From the NCBI GenBank assembly GCA_000092065.1, contig CP000587.1: a DNA stretch of 64,000 nucleotides, one strand, 5' to 3'. Within the stretch, counting starts at the first letter, position 1. Each line of letters opens with the position of its first letter. Positions 49,204 through 58,417 of the stretch are shown one piece after another. Below the pieces are notes generated by a model. The model searched no databases. It saw nothing but the letters and a program-made list of their open reading frames with translations, and had not been told where the DNA came from. The DNA is from Ostreococcus lucimarinus (Eukaryota). A program made the translations under genes and the position numbers.

Positions 49204-50589
49204 ATGCCGCGCGCGACCGTCCTCGCCGGGTCGTACGAGCGCTTCGTCTTCGGCTACGCGCACGCGCGCGGCGCCGCGAGCGACGCGAGCGACGGCGCGA
49301 CGACGACGACGCTCGCGAAGCGCTTCACCGTGGACGCGCACCTCGCGAGCGTCAAGGCGGTCGCGTGCGCGGGCGGACTCGCGGCGAGCGGGGGGAGCGA
49401 TGACTTGATACGAGTGTATCACTGCGACGCGTCGGGGGCGATGGCGGACCTGGGGACGTGCGTGGGACACGGAGGGGACGCGCGGGCGCTGGAATTTTAC
49501 GCGCCGCGCGGGTACGCGCCGACGCGACTGCTGTCGGGAGGCGCGGACGGCGCGCTGATGGTGTGGGACGCGAGCGATAATTTTGAATTGTTGAAAACGA
49601 TGCGGGCGCATCGGGGAGGGGTGTGCGCGATCAGCGCGCATCGGAGCGGGAAGGTGGCGCTGACGAGCGGGTGCGACGCGCACGTGGCGATGTGGGACAT
49701 GCGAAGGGGACGCGTGGCGTATAAGTTTAAGACGCCGGAACGCGTGGAGGGGTTGGCGTTCACGTGTGATGGGTCGGAATACGTGAGTAGACTGACGCAG
49801 AAGATCACGCTGACGGATGTTGAGGCGGGGAGCGTGGTGACGTCGTTCACGACGCCGGCGAAGACGTTGACGTTTGACGCGCGCGGGCGAATGGTGTACG
49901 TCGGGTGCGAGGGCGGTGACGTGCTCGTGTACGACGCGCGCATGGCGGCGAAGGAGGGAGCGGTGAGTCGCATTGCCAAGGCACATCCGCAACGCGTGCG
50001 CGGATTGGCGATCACTTCGGCCAAGGGTGACGAGACCGTGGGAGACTCTGGGCCGAGCGCGCTCGTCACCGCCGGTTCCGAAGGCGTCGTGCGCGCGTGG
50101 GATTTGCGTCGCGCCTCTGGGCCGCGCGACGAAAACCCAGGAACTCCCGTCGCCGAGATCAACTCTGGTGCTCGATACACGTGCTTATGCGCGATGCCAG
50201 CGGAGACTGTACCGGACGCACCAAAGCCAAAGTTGCCCGCGCCGAAGCCGCGCGCCGACGCGCCGGCGAAGAAGCAGGCGGACAAAAGCTCAAAGGTTTC
50301 GACATCCAAAGACAACAAACCCGCGTCATCGAAGCGACATGATATGAAGCAAAAGAAGCGTCCAGATATCGGTGGCGACGATGACTTCGAAGTCGTTCCC
50401 GAAGAGCACGAGCCCGCGGCGAAACGCGAGCCGAGTCGGTTTGATTCCGACTCTGACGGCGACGCGCCGTACGCGAAGCCTGCCGGCGGCAAGAAGCGGC
50501 AGAAACAGCGTCAAGGACCGGCGTACGAAAAGACAGCCACGTCAGCTCGTCGCAAGGCGAACAATATTAAGCACAAGAAACGTAGATAG
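49204..50589 (+). CDS. WD40-repeat protein, PAK1IP1/MAK11 homolog (60S ribosome biogenesis) with Lys-rich C-terminal tail
   Basis: N-terminus ..VLAGSYERFVFGYA.. parallels PAK1IP1 ..VAGCYEQVLFGF... Successive WD repeats (..LLSGGADGALMVWD.., ..ALTSGCDAHVAMWDMRRGR.., ..LVTAGSEGVVRAWDLR..). Basic tail KKQADKSSKVSTSKDNKPASSKRHDMKQKKR. Confidence 0.75.
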   Translation: MPRATVLAGSYERFVFGYAHARGAASDASDGATTTTLAKRFTVDAHLASVKAVACAGGLAASGGSDDLIRVYHCDASGAMADLGTCVGHGGDARALEFYAPRGYAPTRLLSGGADGALMVWDASDNFELLKTMRAHRGGVCAISAHRSGKVALTSGCDAHVAMWDMRRGRVAYKFKTPERVEGLAFTCDGSEYVSRLTQKITLTDVEAGSVVTSFTTPAKTLTFDARGRMVYVGCEGGDVLVYDARMAAKEGAVSRIAKAHPQRVRGLAITSAKGDETVGDSGPSALVTAGSEGVVRAWDLRRASGPRDENPGTPVAEINSGARYTCLCAMPAETVPDAPKPKLPAPKPRADAPAKKQADKSSKVSTSKDNKPASSKRHDMKQKKRPDIGGDDDFEVVPEEHEPAAKREPSRFDSDSDGDAPYAKPAGGKKRQKQRQGPAYEKTATSARRKANNIKHKKRR

Positions 50590-50607
50590 GAGATAGATAT
50601 ATCAATA

Positions 50608-51366
50608 TTAATACAAGTGGCTGACGTGCACGGGTTCTTCGGCGTCGAGGTCAAACGGTACCAGGACAGAAATCGCCGGTTCGCCGTCGTGCGTTCGCAC
50701 GTGGTGCCAAAAGAAAGGCGGCGTGTATATCATGTCGCCCGGATAAAGTGTGAACGTCAATGGTGTCGCGTCTTCAAAGTCTGGAAACCGATCTCGCTCG
50801 TCGGCGTCGCCCGCGTACCACGCGTCCAAATTCACGCGCGACAGTTCCGGGCGATCACTCCGCTGATACATCGCGCGAAAGTCATCCTTATGAAATATCG
50901 TAAAGGTTTTTACGCCTCGAATCATGATCAAAAACCCATGGCATAAATCATAATGCAAAGGCGTCACGTTACCCGCCGCGCCGAACCAAACGCCGCAATT
51001 TCTCAACGCGACGTCTTCCGCGAACACCTCACCCACCGCCCCGACGTTCGCCTCGACCGCGAGCGTCGTCGTGCACTCCGCACGCGCGTACACGCGCTCA
51101 CCGTGCTCAAAAATAGCCTCGCAAGCCTCCTCGAACGTGACGGATTCATTCGCGTCGCAGTCCGCTTTGATGAACGCGCCGCGAGCGCCCTCCCGAGACG
51201 TCAGCACCGTCGTCCGCGCTCCCTGGCCCGCGTCGGCGAAGCGCTTCGCGTCGCGCCACGTTCGCACCGCCGTCGTTTCGCTCGCCTCTGAAGACGTGCG
51301 GCGCGCGCATGCGCGTCGTCGTCGCGAACGCGTCGATGCCTTCGTCCCGACGCGTCGAAATCGCAT
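50608..51366 (-). CDS. JmjC/cupin-fold domain protein (small JmjC-only type)
   Basis: ..GNVTPLHYDLCHGFLIMIRGVKTFTIFHKDD...LYPGDMIYTPPFFWHHVRT.. gives the JmjC His/Asp iron-binding arrangement. The track ORF extends to 51591 through Arg-rich sequence; the internal ATG at 51364-51366 (MRFRRVG...) is the first plausible start. Confidence 0.65.
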   Translation of the reverse strand: MRFRRVGTKASTRSRRRRACARRTSSEASETTAVRTWRDAKRFADAGQGARTTVLTSREGARGAFIKADCDANESVTFEEACEAIFEHGERVYARAECTTTLAVEANVGAVGEVFAEDVALRNCGVWFGAAGNVTPLHYDLCHGFLIMIRGVKTFTIFHKDDFRAMYQRSDRPELSRVNLDAWYAGDADERDRFPDFEDATPLTFTLYPGDMIYTPPFFWHHVRTHDGEPAISVLVPFDLDAEEPVHVSHLY

Positions 51367-51736
51367 CTTTTCGAGCGACGACGTCGCACATCGACGCGAA
51401 CGGCGCCGCGGCGGCGGGAAACGATCGGGCGCGGCGTTCGTCGCGCGCGCCGCGCTTCGCGCGCGCGATGTGCGCTTCGCGCGCGCGCGCGGACGTGTGT
51501 CGAAACGCGCGAGATAACCCGGGTGGCGGTTCGGTTCTCGACACAGTTTACCCTGAGGCGCGGGGAGTCGGCGGCGCGACGTTCGTTTCATCGGTGTCGG
51601 GGTGTCTACGACATTGGCAAACGCGAGGAAATACTCGCGTGGAATATTGTGTGGTGCTAATCGATGGACGAACGCTGGTTCGTTCGTCGGATGGAGCGCG
51701 CGGCGACGCGCGGAGCGTCGCGCGACGGCTCGCGTC

Positions 51737-52987
51737 TCAGTCGTACTCGCCGTTGGCCTCTAAGATCTGCTGCGACGCTAAACGAATGGCTTGTTTCTTG
51801 CTCGTCGCCTCAGCGCGAGCTTCATCGTTGCCTAAACGCACGGTGGCGACGTAACGCGCAGTTTCGTTCGTTGAGGCGGTGTTGATGCACTCTCCGACGA
51901 GGACGCCGCCCAAGGTGAGGAGATGTCCGTACGCGTTTTCCATTTTCAAATCTTTTTTCTCCTTGAGCTTGGCCGACTCTTGCGCCGGGGCGTTGTAAAT
52001 CTCGTGACCGTAGATTTCGAGCATTTCTTTCGCCGCGTTCGCCTCGGCTTCTTTTTTGCTCTTCCCGATGGCTGTCGTCTCCCGCTGCTGTTCTCTCGGC
52101 GCTTCTTTTGGCCAAACGCATCGCGCTTGGAACGCGGGCTCGTGATCGGCCGTGCCCTCGATTCGATGCGACATCGTGTGACCGTTGAGTTCGATAATCA
52201 ATCCTTTCGGGTTGGTGAATCTCCTTTGTTTTTTTCCCTCCACGACGACGTTATAAACGAACCACTTCGCCAACTGCTGCACCGCCTGAGGTCCGCCGGC
52301 CATTTGATTCACCATGTACACCGCCGCCTCGACTAGCGTTCCCGCGCTGTGTTCTTCAACCTCTCTGCCTCCTTGCACGTGTTGTGGCAGACATTCAGAC
52401 ACCAACTGCGCCATCGACGCATTACTCGCTACCTCTGAATACTGCCTCGTCGCCTCTCCCGTATCCTTGCACAGTCTGTTCCCGACGATTTCCTCCAACA
52501 ACGCCGCGCCAAATATCTTATCCCCGATCAACGCGTGCATCTCCACATCGCTCGTGCTCACGTGCTGTTGCGTCACATCTCGCAATCGCGTCGGCACGAT
52601 GTCGGCCTCGATCAACCGCGAGCTCAAATCGTGCCAAAGTTCCAACGACGGCTTTTCGCGATACGCATCCTCGCACTTTCTTTTAAACCACTGATCTCCC
52701 CCGAACACGTCCAGCTTCAGCCGCTTTTGCGACTTGGCGGACGGCCCGAGGCGCGGTGGCGGCGCACCTCCCATCAGTCGTCGACTGTCGGGGACGAGGA
52801 CGCGAGAGAAGGACGGCGGCGACGCTCGAGTGGACGCCCGAGGGCGTTGACTGCAGGCGGCGGTGACGCGGGAAAAGGCGCGCGACGGCGACGACGACGC
52901 GCGGAGGACGGTGCGTGACGGCGCGGTGCGCGCGGTGCGGTCAGTGGTCGACGTCGATCGCGTTGACGCGGCGAACGCGATGCGCAT
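51737..52987 (-). CDS. RNase III-like domain protein with two dsRNA-binding domains (plant RTL / organellar RNase-III-like)
   Basis: EMHALIGDKIFGAALLEEIV matches the RNase III signature (ERLEFLGDA) with substitutions. dsRBD-like segments ..EPAFQARCVWPKEA...GKSKKEAEANAAKEMLEIY.. and ..YVATVRLGNDEARAEATSKKQAIRLASQQILEANG... N-terminal presequence-like region; start uncertain. Confidence 0.65.
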   Translation of the reverse strand: MRIAFAASTRSTSTTDRTARTAPSRTVLRASSSPSRAFSRVTAACSQRPRASTRASPPSFSRVLVPDSRRLMGGAPPPRLGPSAKSQKRLKLDVFGGDQWFKRKCEDAYREKPSLELWHDLSSRLIEADIVPTRLRDVTQQHVSTSDVEMHALIGDKIFGAALLEEIVGNRLCKDTGEATRQYSEVASNASMAQLVSECLPQHVQGGREVEEHSAGTLVEAAVYMVNQMAGGPQAVQQLAKWFVYNVVVEGKKQRRFTNPKGLIIELNGHTMSHRIEGTADHEPAFQARCVWPKEAPREQQRETTAIGKSKKEAEANAAKEMLEIYGHEIYNAPAQESAKLKEKKDLKMENAYGHLLTLGGVLVGECINTASTNETARYVATVRLGNDEARAEATSKKQAIRLASQQILEANGEYD

Positions 52988-53070
52988 GCGCGCGAGAGAG
53001 TGGCGACGGGAAGCCGAGAAGACGCGGCGGAGAGGCGGCGGCGACGGTTAAGAATAATGTTACACGCGCG

Positions 53071-53982
53071 TCAGCCGCCGAATCGTTCGGGGCCGTGACC
53101 GGCGAGGGTTTTGATGGCTAAACTCAACTCCTCGGCGAAGAACGGGTTGTCTTCGTCCGATTGCGCGAACTCTTCCTCGGTCCAGAGCTCTCGCAGCGCG
53201 TTCAAGCCGACGTTGACGTCGAGCAGTAGCAAGGATGGATCGTACTCCACCAGGCGAGCGACGTTGACGCGAGGAAAGGCGTCGCGAAGGGCGCGGAAGC
53301 GCTCTTTAATCTCTGGAATGTCGCGCTGAAGGAAGCTCTTGGAGTCTTGTCGCAAAATCGCGCCGACGTCGGCGCCAGGAATCATAGTCTTCAGCTGCGA
53401 CAATCGAGCCACGATGGCGCTCGAGCTCGTCAGGAGTAACTCTGGATACCCGTAAGCCATCTTTGCCGCATCCGCCGCGGACGAGCACAGACAAATTTGC
53501 TTGATTCGCTCCAGCGCTTCGCACAGCGCGCTCAACGTCGGTTCGCCGAGCATAGCCTCCACGGCTCTCGAATCCTCCTCCATTTCGCACGCGATCACCC
53601 CTCGCTCAAGATCCATCACGAGCGCCATCGTGTACTCGGCGGCCATCTGATCGAATCCCGTTCGCGTCTCCCCCCCCGCTCGCCAGAAATCCCGCACCTC
53701 TCGCTCCGCGTCCAATCGACGCGCCTTTTCGCTTCGCTTCAGCCTGCGCACCGCGTCCTCGATCGTCCGCTCGCCTCCCGGCGGTAAGCTCCCATCCTGT
53801 CGTCGATACGGTAAATCATACAAAAATTCCCCGTACGCCGCCGCGAGCGCGTCCAGCGGTCCCTTCACAAACTTTTCGCGCGTCTTTCGCGCGCCGAATG
53901 AAATCTCGCTCAGCCAATTCAACGTCGTCGCGATCCCGGGCTGGAATCCGCGCGCGCGCTCCGACATCAGCGCCGCGCGCAT
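53071..53982 (-). CDS. hypothetical helical protein (possibly mTERF-like repeats)
   Basis: The track ORF extends to 54534 through Arg-rich sequence. Non-biased composition begins near ATG ~53980-53982 (MRAALMSERARGFQPGIATTLNWLSEISFG...). Repeated ..P.LL....(20-30 aa)...L... periodicity; no firm family call. Confidence 0.4.
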   Translation of the reverse strand: MRAALMSERARGFQPGIATTLNWLSEISFGARKTREKFVKGPLDALAAAYGEFLYDLPYRRQDGSLPPGGERTIEDAVRRLKRSEKARRLDAEREVRDFWRAGGETRTGFDQMAAEYTMALVMDLERGVIACEMEEDSRAVEAMLGEPTLSALCEALERIKQICLCSSAADAAKMAYGYPELLLTSSSAIVARLSQLKTMIPGADVGAILRQDSKSFLQRDIPEIKERFRALRDAFPRVNVARLVEYDPSLLLLDVNVGLNALRELWTEEEFAQSDEDNPFFAEELSLAIKTLAGHGPERFGG

Positions 53983-54255
53983 GGCGTCGTAGTCGTTGTC
54001 GAAATCGTCCGGGTTTTTCGGCGCCCGCGTCGCGCGGCAGCGCGCGCGTTGTCGTCGCCGACGATGCCGCTCTGGACGACCGCGCGGCGCGACGGACGCG
54101 CCGCGCGACGCGCGCGCGACGCGCGACGCGGGCGGCGACGACGTCGTCGTCGTCGACGACGACGTCGACGCGACCGGGCGCGCGCGCGCGCGCTCCATCG
54201 CGCCGCGCTCGACTCTGCGGCGTCGTCGTCGAATCGACACTCGCTGACGCGCGCG

Positions 54256-54834
54256 ATGGCGCGCTCGAGCGTCGACCGCGCGCTCGACCGCGTCGCGCGC
54301 GTCGCGAGTCACGTCGACGCGTCGTCCGCGACTCGCGACGACGCGCGCGACGCGCGCGCGCGCGCGATGGCGGCGTACGTCGCGGAAAACGCCGCGGGCG
54401 CGGTGGTGCACGCGAGCGACGACGCGACGCCGTGGATCGACGTCGATCAGCGCCGCATCGACGCCTTCGCGACGTGCGCGAACGATCATCAATACATACA
54501 CGCGCGCGACGCCCCGGGCGGGGCGATCGCGCACGGATTCTTGACGCTGAGCCTGCTGACGCCCGCGACGGCGGCGCGCACGACGCCCGCGTGGTCGACG
54601 CGCGCCGTCAATTACGGCCTCAATCGCGTCCGTTTCGTCCGACCCGTGCGCGCGGGCGCGCGCGTCCGCGCGCGGGCGATCAAAATCGTCGCCGCGCGCG
54701 CGTTACCCGACGCCGCGGGCGCGGAAACGGAGTATTTAGTCGAATTAGAAACCGCGCCGAGCGCGTCGTCGGCGTCCGCCGAGCGCGCCGAGCTCGCCTT
54801 GGTCGCGTCTTGGATCGTCCGTCACTACGTCTGA
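54256..54834 (+). CDS. MaoC-like (R)-hydratase / hotdog-fold protein
   Basis: IDAFATCANDHQYIHARDAPGGAIAHGFLTLSLL is the MaoC dehydratase motif (DxN/HxxHxD...GxIAHG). The ORF is open from 54049, but the upstream part is poly-Arg junk; ATG at 54256-54258 (MARSSVDRAL..). Confidence 0.7.
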   Translation: MARSSVDRALDRVARVASHVDASSATRDDARDARARAMAAYVAENAAGAVVHASDDATPWIDVDQRRIDAFATCANDHQYIHARDAPGGAIAHGFLTLSLLTPATAARTTPAWSTRAVNYGLNRVRFVRPVRAGARVRARAIKIVAARALPDAAGAETEYLVELETAPSASSASAERAELALVASWIVRHYV

Positions 54835-54970
54835 CGTCCCGCGCTCGCGCGTCACCGCGTAACCAAATAACCCTAGTTTAGCTCTGTTTCGTTTCGTCTT
54901 CGATCCATCGTTCGTCGCGTGCCGTTCGGCGCTCGCGTCCGCCGCGCTCGCGTCCGCCGCGGCGTCTCCA

Positions 54971-55014
54971 GATGTGACGAATGTGCCGCGGTGACGCGGC
55001 ACATTCGTCACATC
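54971..55014. repeat. perfect inverted repeat (20-bp arms, 4-nt loop) forming a strong hairpin, preceded by a 15-bp direct repeat x2 (54931-54960)
   Basis: gatgtgacgaatgtgccgcg (54971-54990), gtga, cgcggcacattcgtcacatc (54995-55014). It lies ~137 nt after the MaoC stop and ~210 nt before the next plus-strand ORF. The six-frame track reads the same peptide (RCDECAA.TRHIRHI) on both strands here. Confidence 0.85.
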
Positions 55015-55224
55015 GAAGTGCCGCGCCGCTCGCGCGCGCGGCCACGACGACGGACGCGCGCGCGCGCGTCGACGACGACGACGACTCGAACGCGCGTCTC
55101 GACGCGGCTCGCCACGCGCGCGCTCGACCGCGCGGCGACGCGCGGCGCGCGCGTTCGTAAAACGGCACGCATTCGCGAGAATTGAATTGAAATTCAAGAC
55201 GCGCTCGACGACGACGACGCGCGG

Positions 55225-56238
55225 ATGGACGCGACGCGCGCGCGCGGAGGCGCGCGGATGGACGCGTGGCGCCCGATGATGACGCTGGACGCGCGAGACG
55301 GAGGCGCGATGGGCGCGGTGAGGACGATGCGGGACGGGACGACGCGAGGGGAAGGCGAGAGAGACGCGCGCGAGGGGACGCGCGCGAGAGGAACGACGAC
55401 GACGACGACGACGACGACGAGTTTGGACGCGTTCGACGCGCGGTTAGCGCGGGCGAGGGAAAGAGCGATGCTCGCGAGGGAAGAGACGGAACGCGTGGAG
55501 AAGTGGTTGCGAGACAGCGCGGCGGCGACGCGGCGAGGGGAAGGCGCGAGAGGCGAAGGCTCGAGAGGACGGCGGTCGGACGACGACGGAGGCGTGAAGA
55601 TGGCGATGGCGAGCGAGGAGGACGTCGAGGTCGAAGAGTATGATTATGGGGTGGAAGAAGAACGCGCGATGCGCTCGTCGATGGCGACGACGTTGGTGGC
55701 GAGGGAATCGATGTCCTCGTTGTTCGTGCCGCAGCGTTCGCCGGCGAGGTCGGTGATACACAGGCCGATACCGAGGCGGCCGCTGAGCGCGAGCGTGGAG
55801 GGCACGGAGTGGACGACTTTACGAGCGAAAGCGACACGATCAGGCGACACGCGCACGAACGTGTCGATAGTGAGCGATGAAGATGGTAGGAGCGCGTTTC
55901 AATCGCTCGCCAGGGACAACCGCGCCGGGCTGGACGGACTAGGCGACATGGTGGCGAGGACGACTATTTCGAGCGGCGTGCTCGACGACGGAGGGTTGGA
56001 CGGAGGAATGAGTACGCCGCCGCGACCGCACCGATCGCCGCTACGTCCACCGGTGGCTCGTCCGAGGAATCGCACACTGAGCGAGGATTTCTCTAGTCCC
56101 GTTCGCCTGTCGTCGTCGATGGAGCTGAGACATTCCACCAGCTCGCGCATGACGTTGTTAGAATCCGTCGCACACGAGGCAGAGTACGAACGCGCGCGTA
56201 TGTCTGAAAAGTCTTACGACGATAGCGAGCCTCGGTAA
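55225..56238 (+). CDS. hypothetical disordered protein (337 aa), low confidence
   Basis: ORF with mixed composition. The poly-Thr stretch is encoded by (acg)n at ~55393-55420. The C-terminal half is Ser/Pro/Arg-rich (..[39 protein letters not shown]..). Could be real or compositional. Confidence 0.25.
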   Translation: MDATRARGGARMDAWRPMMTLDARDGGAMGAVRTMRDGTTRGEGERDAREGTRARGTTTTTTTTTSLDAFDARLARARERAMLAREETERVEKWLRDSAAATRRGEGARGEGSRGRRSDDDGGVKMAMASEEDVEVEEYDYGVEEERAMRSSMATTLVARESMSSLFVPQRSPARSVIHRPIPRRPLSASVEGTEWTTLRAKATRSGDTRTNVSIVSDEDGRSAFQSLARDNRAGLDGLGDMVARTTISSGVLDDGGLDGGMSTPPRPHRSPLRPPVARPRNRTLSEDFSSPVRLSSSMELRHSTSSRMTLLESVAHEAEYERARMSEKSYDDSEPR

Positions 56239-56315
56239 TGGTAGCGACAAAGCTTTTCCAAACTTCACAAGATTTAGTGGCCAGAAAACTAGTAAACGTA
56301 TTTAAAAGAGCCTAT

Positions 56316-57329
56316 TTAGTTCGATAACGACTTCGCAAATCGCTGCATCTCACGCATCATCCCCAAAACCTTTTCAGCCGCAGTCTTTTCCGTCGCCTCG
56401 CCATCCTCGCCCACGGGTCGAAGCGCTGCGTCGACGATATCGTCAAGTTCCTCGCCCGCCGGTCGCTGCGCGTACTCATCAATGAGCTTGAACCGTCCCG
56501 GCTCCTCTGGGTCTTCCAAGAAAAGTTTCCACGCGCTCGGATACGACTTGTACAGACTCCCATTGCACCACGGCAGAGGTCTCAAAGAGTACGTGACCGT
56601 CATCTTTCCTAAAAAGTTGTCTCTCATGCGCCGAACGTTCAATCCAACCCCGGCGTCGCCGCTCGCCAATCTCGGATTCAACAGCACCACCGGATACCCC
56701 AACTCGTTCGCTCGACCCGTGGCCTTTTGTACCTTCTCTAAAGACATCGGATCCGGCGCCGCGAACACCAAAACGCCCTCGAAATCATCCGTCACCAAAT
56801 TCCTATCGTCCACGCTCGCCACCTCAAACGCGACGTCGTCTCCCCACCGCGCTCGCAACATCGCCGCCGCGCCCGCGTCCGGGAACACCGCCTTCACCCC
56901 AGTCGCACCACTCGCGCTCAATTTCGACAAAAACTCTCGAGAGATCTCCCACACTTTCAGTTGATCACCCGATTCGCTCATCACGTTTCCGCTCATCGGG
57001 TCCCAGAGCTCTGGGATGAGCAGCTCGACGATGCTTCCCGCGACCCCACGCTGCATGGCGTCTCGCGTCGCCTTCGCCGCTTGCCCGACGGCGTCGAAGA
57101 GGTTATCCGGCAGCACCTCGTCCTCACGCGGCGCCGGCGCCGCCGCGACCGGCGCGAGCGAGCGATCGTCGTCGTCCCCGCTCGATGTGGATAAACGCGC
57201 AAACTTTTGCGCCTTCGTTCGCGTCGTCGCCGCCGCGCCGCGTCGCGAGCGCGTCCCCGGCGTCGCGCGATGCGATGCCTTGGTCAGCGTCGCGCATCGC
57301 GTCGTCGTCGTCGTCGCGCTCGAAATCAT
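56316..57329 (-). CDS. DUF1995-like protein, paralog 2, with N-terminal presequence
   Basis: 337 aa, true ATG at 57327-57329. Blocks ..GVLVFAAPDPMSLEKVQKA...PVVLLNPRLASGDAGVGLNVRRMRDNFLGKMTVTYSLRPLPWCNGSLYKSYPSAWKLF.. align with 30851-31723 (NPRL, Y.FR.LY, G.L.R.Y...W.L). Confidence 0.6.
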   Translation of the reverse strand: MISSATTTTTRCATLTKASHRATPGTRSRRGAAATTRTKAQKFARLSTSSGDDDDRSLAPVAAAPAPREDEVLPDNLFDAVGQAAKATRDAMQRGVAGSIVELLIPELWDPMSGNVMSESGDQLKVWEISREFLSKLSASGATGVKAVFPDAGAAAMLRARWGDDVAFEVASVDDRNLVTDDFEGVLVFAAPDPMSLEKVQKATGRANELGYPVVLLNPRLASGDAGVGLNVRRMRDNFLGKMTVTYSLRPLPWCNGSLYKSYPSAWKLFLEDPEEPGRFKLIDEYAQRPAGEELDDIVDAALRPVGEDGEATEKTAAEKVLGMMREMQRFAKSLSN

Positions 57330-57361
57330 GTCGTCGTCGTCGCACTCCGAGGCGCGCTGTG

Positions 57362-58417
57362 ATGTCTGCGGTCGCGCGAAGCGCGCAGGGCACGCCGCTC
57401 GACGGCGCGCCGCTCGCGACGACGGCCGTCGTGATCGCGGTCGCGATATCTTTCGCGCTCGCGCTCGCCGCGAACGGCGATTTCGCGCGCGTGTGCGCGT
57501 CGCCGCGGTTGGCGTTTGAACATCCGCTGTCGAGCTATCATCGCGTCTGGACGTCGACGTTCTCGCACGGGAGCTTCCCGCACGCGCTGCTAAATTGTCT
57601 AGCGTTCGTTCCGATGGCGTCGGCGCTCGAGCGATCGATCGGGACGACGCACTTCGCGTGGTTATTCGCGACGTTCGCGCACGCGGCGTACGCGCTCTCG
57701 GCGAGCGCGGCGACGGCGCTTTGGATGGCGCTCGGATATCGCGCGTCGTACGAGAGCTGCGCCATAGGAATGTCTGGGGTGGTGTTCGCGCTGATCGTGT
57801 GCGAGACGAACGTGAACGACGTGGAGCGGCGAAGCGTGTTCGGGTTGTTCACAGTGTCGAGCGAGTATTACCCGATCGCTCTTCTGCTTTTCATTCAACT
57901 TTTGATGCCTGGCGTCTCTTTCATCGGTCACGCGGGTGGTATCGCGGCTGGATGGTTGTACGTTCGCGGATACTTGAACTTTTTGCTCCTGAAGGAGACG
58001 CACGTGGAGTATTTAGAGAAATTAGCGATTTGCGCGCCCGCGCGCGCCCTGGCGTCGTTCGTGCCGTCAAACGCCGATCGGGGCGCGCGGCCGAACGCGG
58101 AGGCGAGTTCGACCGCATTTCCCGCGTTTTCGACGGTTAGAGCGATCCCGACTCGTATGAGTGAGGTGACGCGCAACGCGTTCGCGGGTAATTTCCCGGG
58201 CCAAGGACGGAAACTTGGCGGCGACGGGTCCACGACGGGTGAGATGGCGAATCTCGTTCGGGTCGATCCTCGGGCGTTGGATACGTTAGTAGAGCTGGGA
58301 TTCGCAGAACACGCCGCGCGGCGAGCGTTGCAAGAATGTGACGGCGACTCGCAGCGTGCGATCGAGTTGTTGACGGAATCAGCGGCGCACGACGCGAATA
58401 GCGACGAAATAGTTTAG
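57362..58417 (+). CDS. rhomboid-family intramembrane serine protease with C-terminal UBA domain (RHBDD1/plant RBL-UBA type)
   Basis: Active-site GMSGVVFAL (GxSG) and a downstream His in FIGHAGGIAAGWL within about 6 TM helices. C-terminal UBA ..LDTLVELGFAEHAARRALQECDGDSQRAIELL... The ORF is open from 57185; ATG at 57362-57364. Confidence 0.8.
   Translation: MSAVARSAQGTPLDGAPLATTAVVIAVAISFALALAANGDFARVCASPRLAFEHPLSSYHRVWTSTFSHGSFPHALLNCLAFVPMASALERSIGTTHFAWLFATFAHAAYALSASAATALWMALGYRASYESCAIGMSGVVFALIVCETNVNDVERRSVFGLFTVSSEYYPIALLLFIQLLMPGVSFIGHAGGIAAGWLYVRGYLNFLLLKETHVEYLEKLAICAPARALASFVPSNADRGARPNAEASSTAFPAFSTVRAIPTRMSEVTRNAFAGNFPGQGRKLGGDGSTTGEMANLVRVDPRALDTLVELGFAEHAARRALQECDGDSQRAIELLTESAAHDANSDEIV

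Noticed and set aside
55225-56238. A confident call of the 337-aa ORF as a gene.
   Set aside because: Retained only as a low-confidence feature. Much of it is microsatellite-encoded poly-Thr and S/P/R-rich sequence. No domain is recognised.
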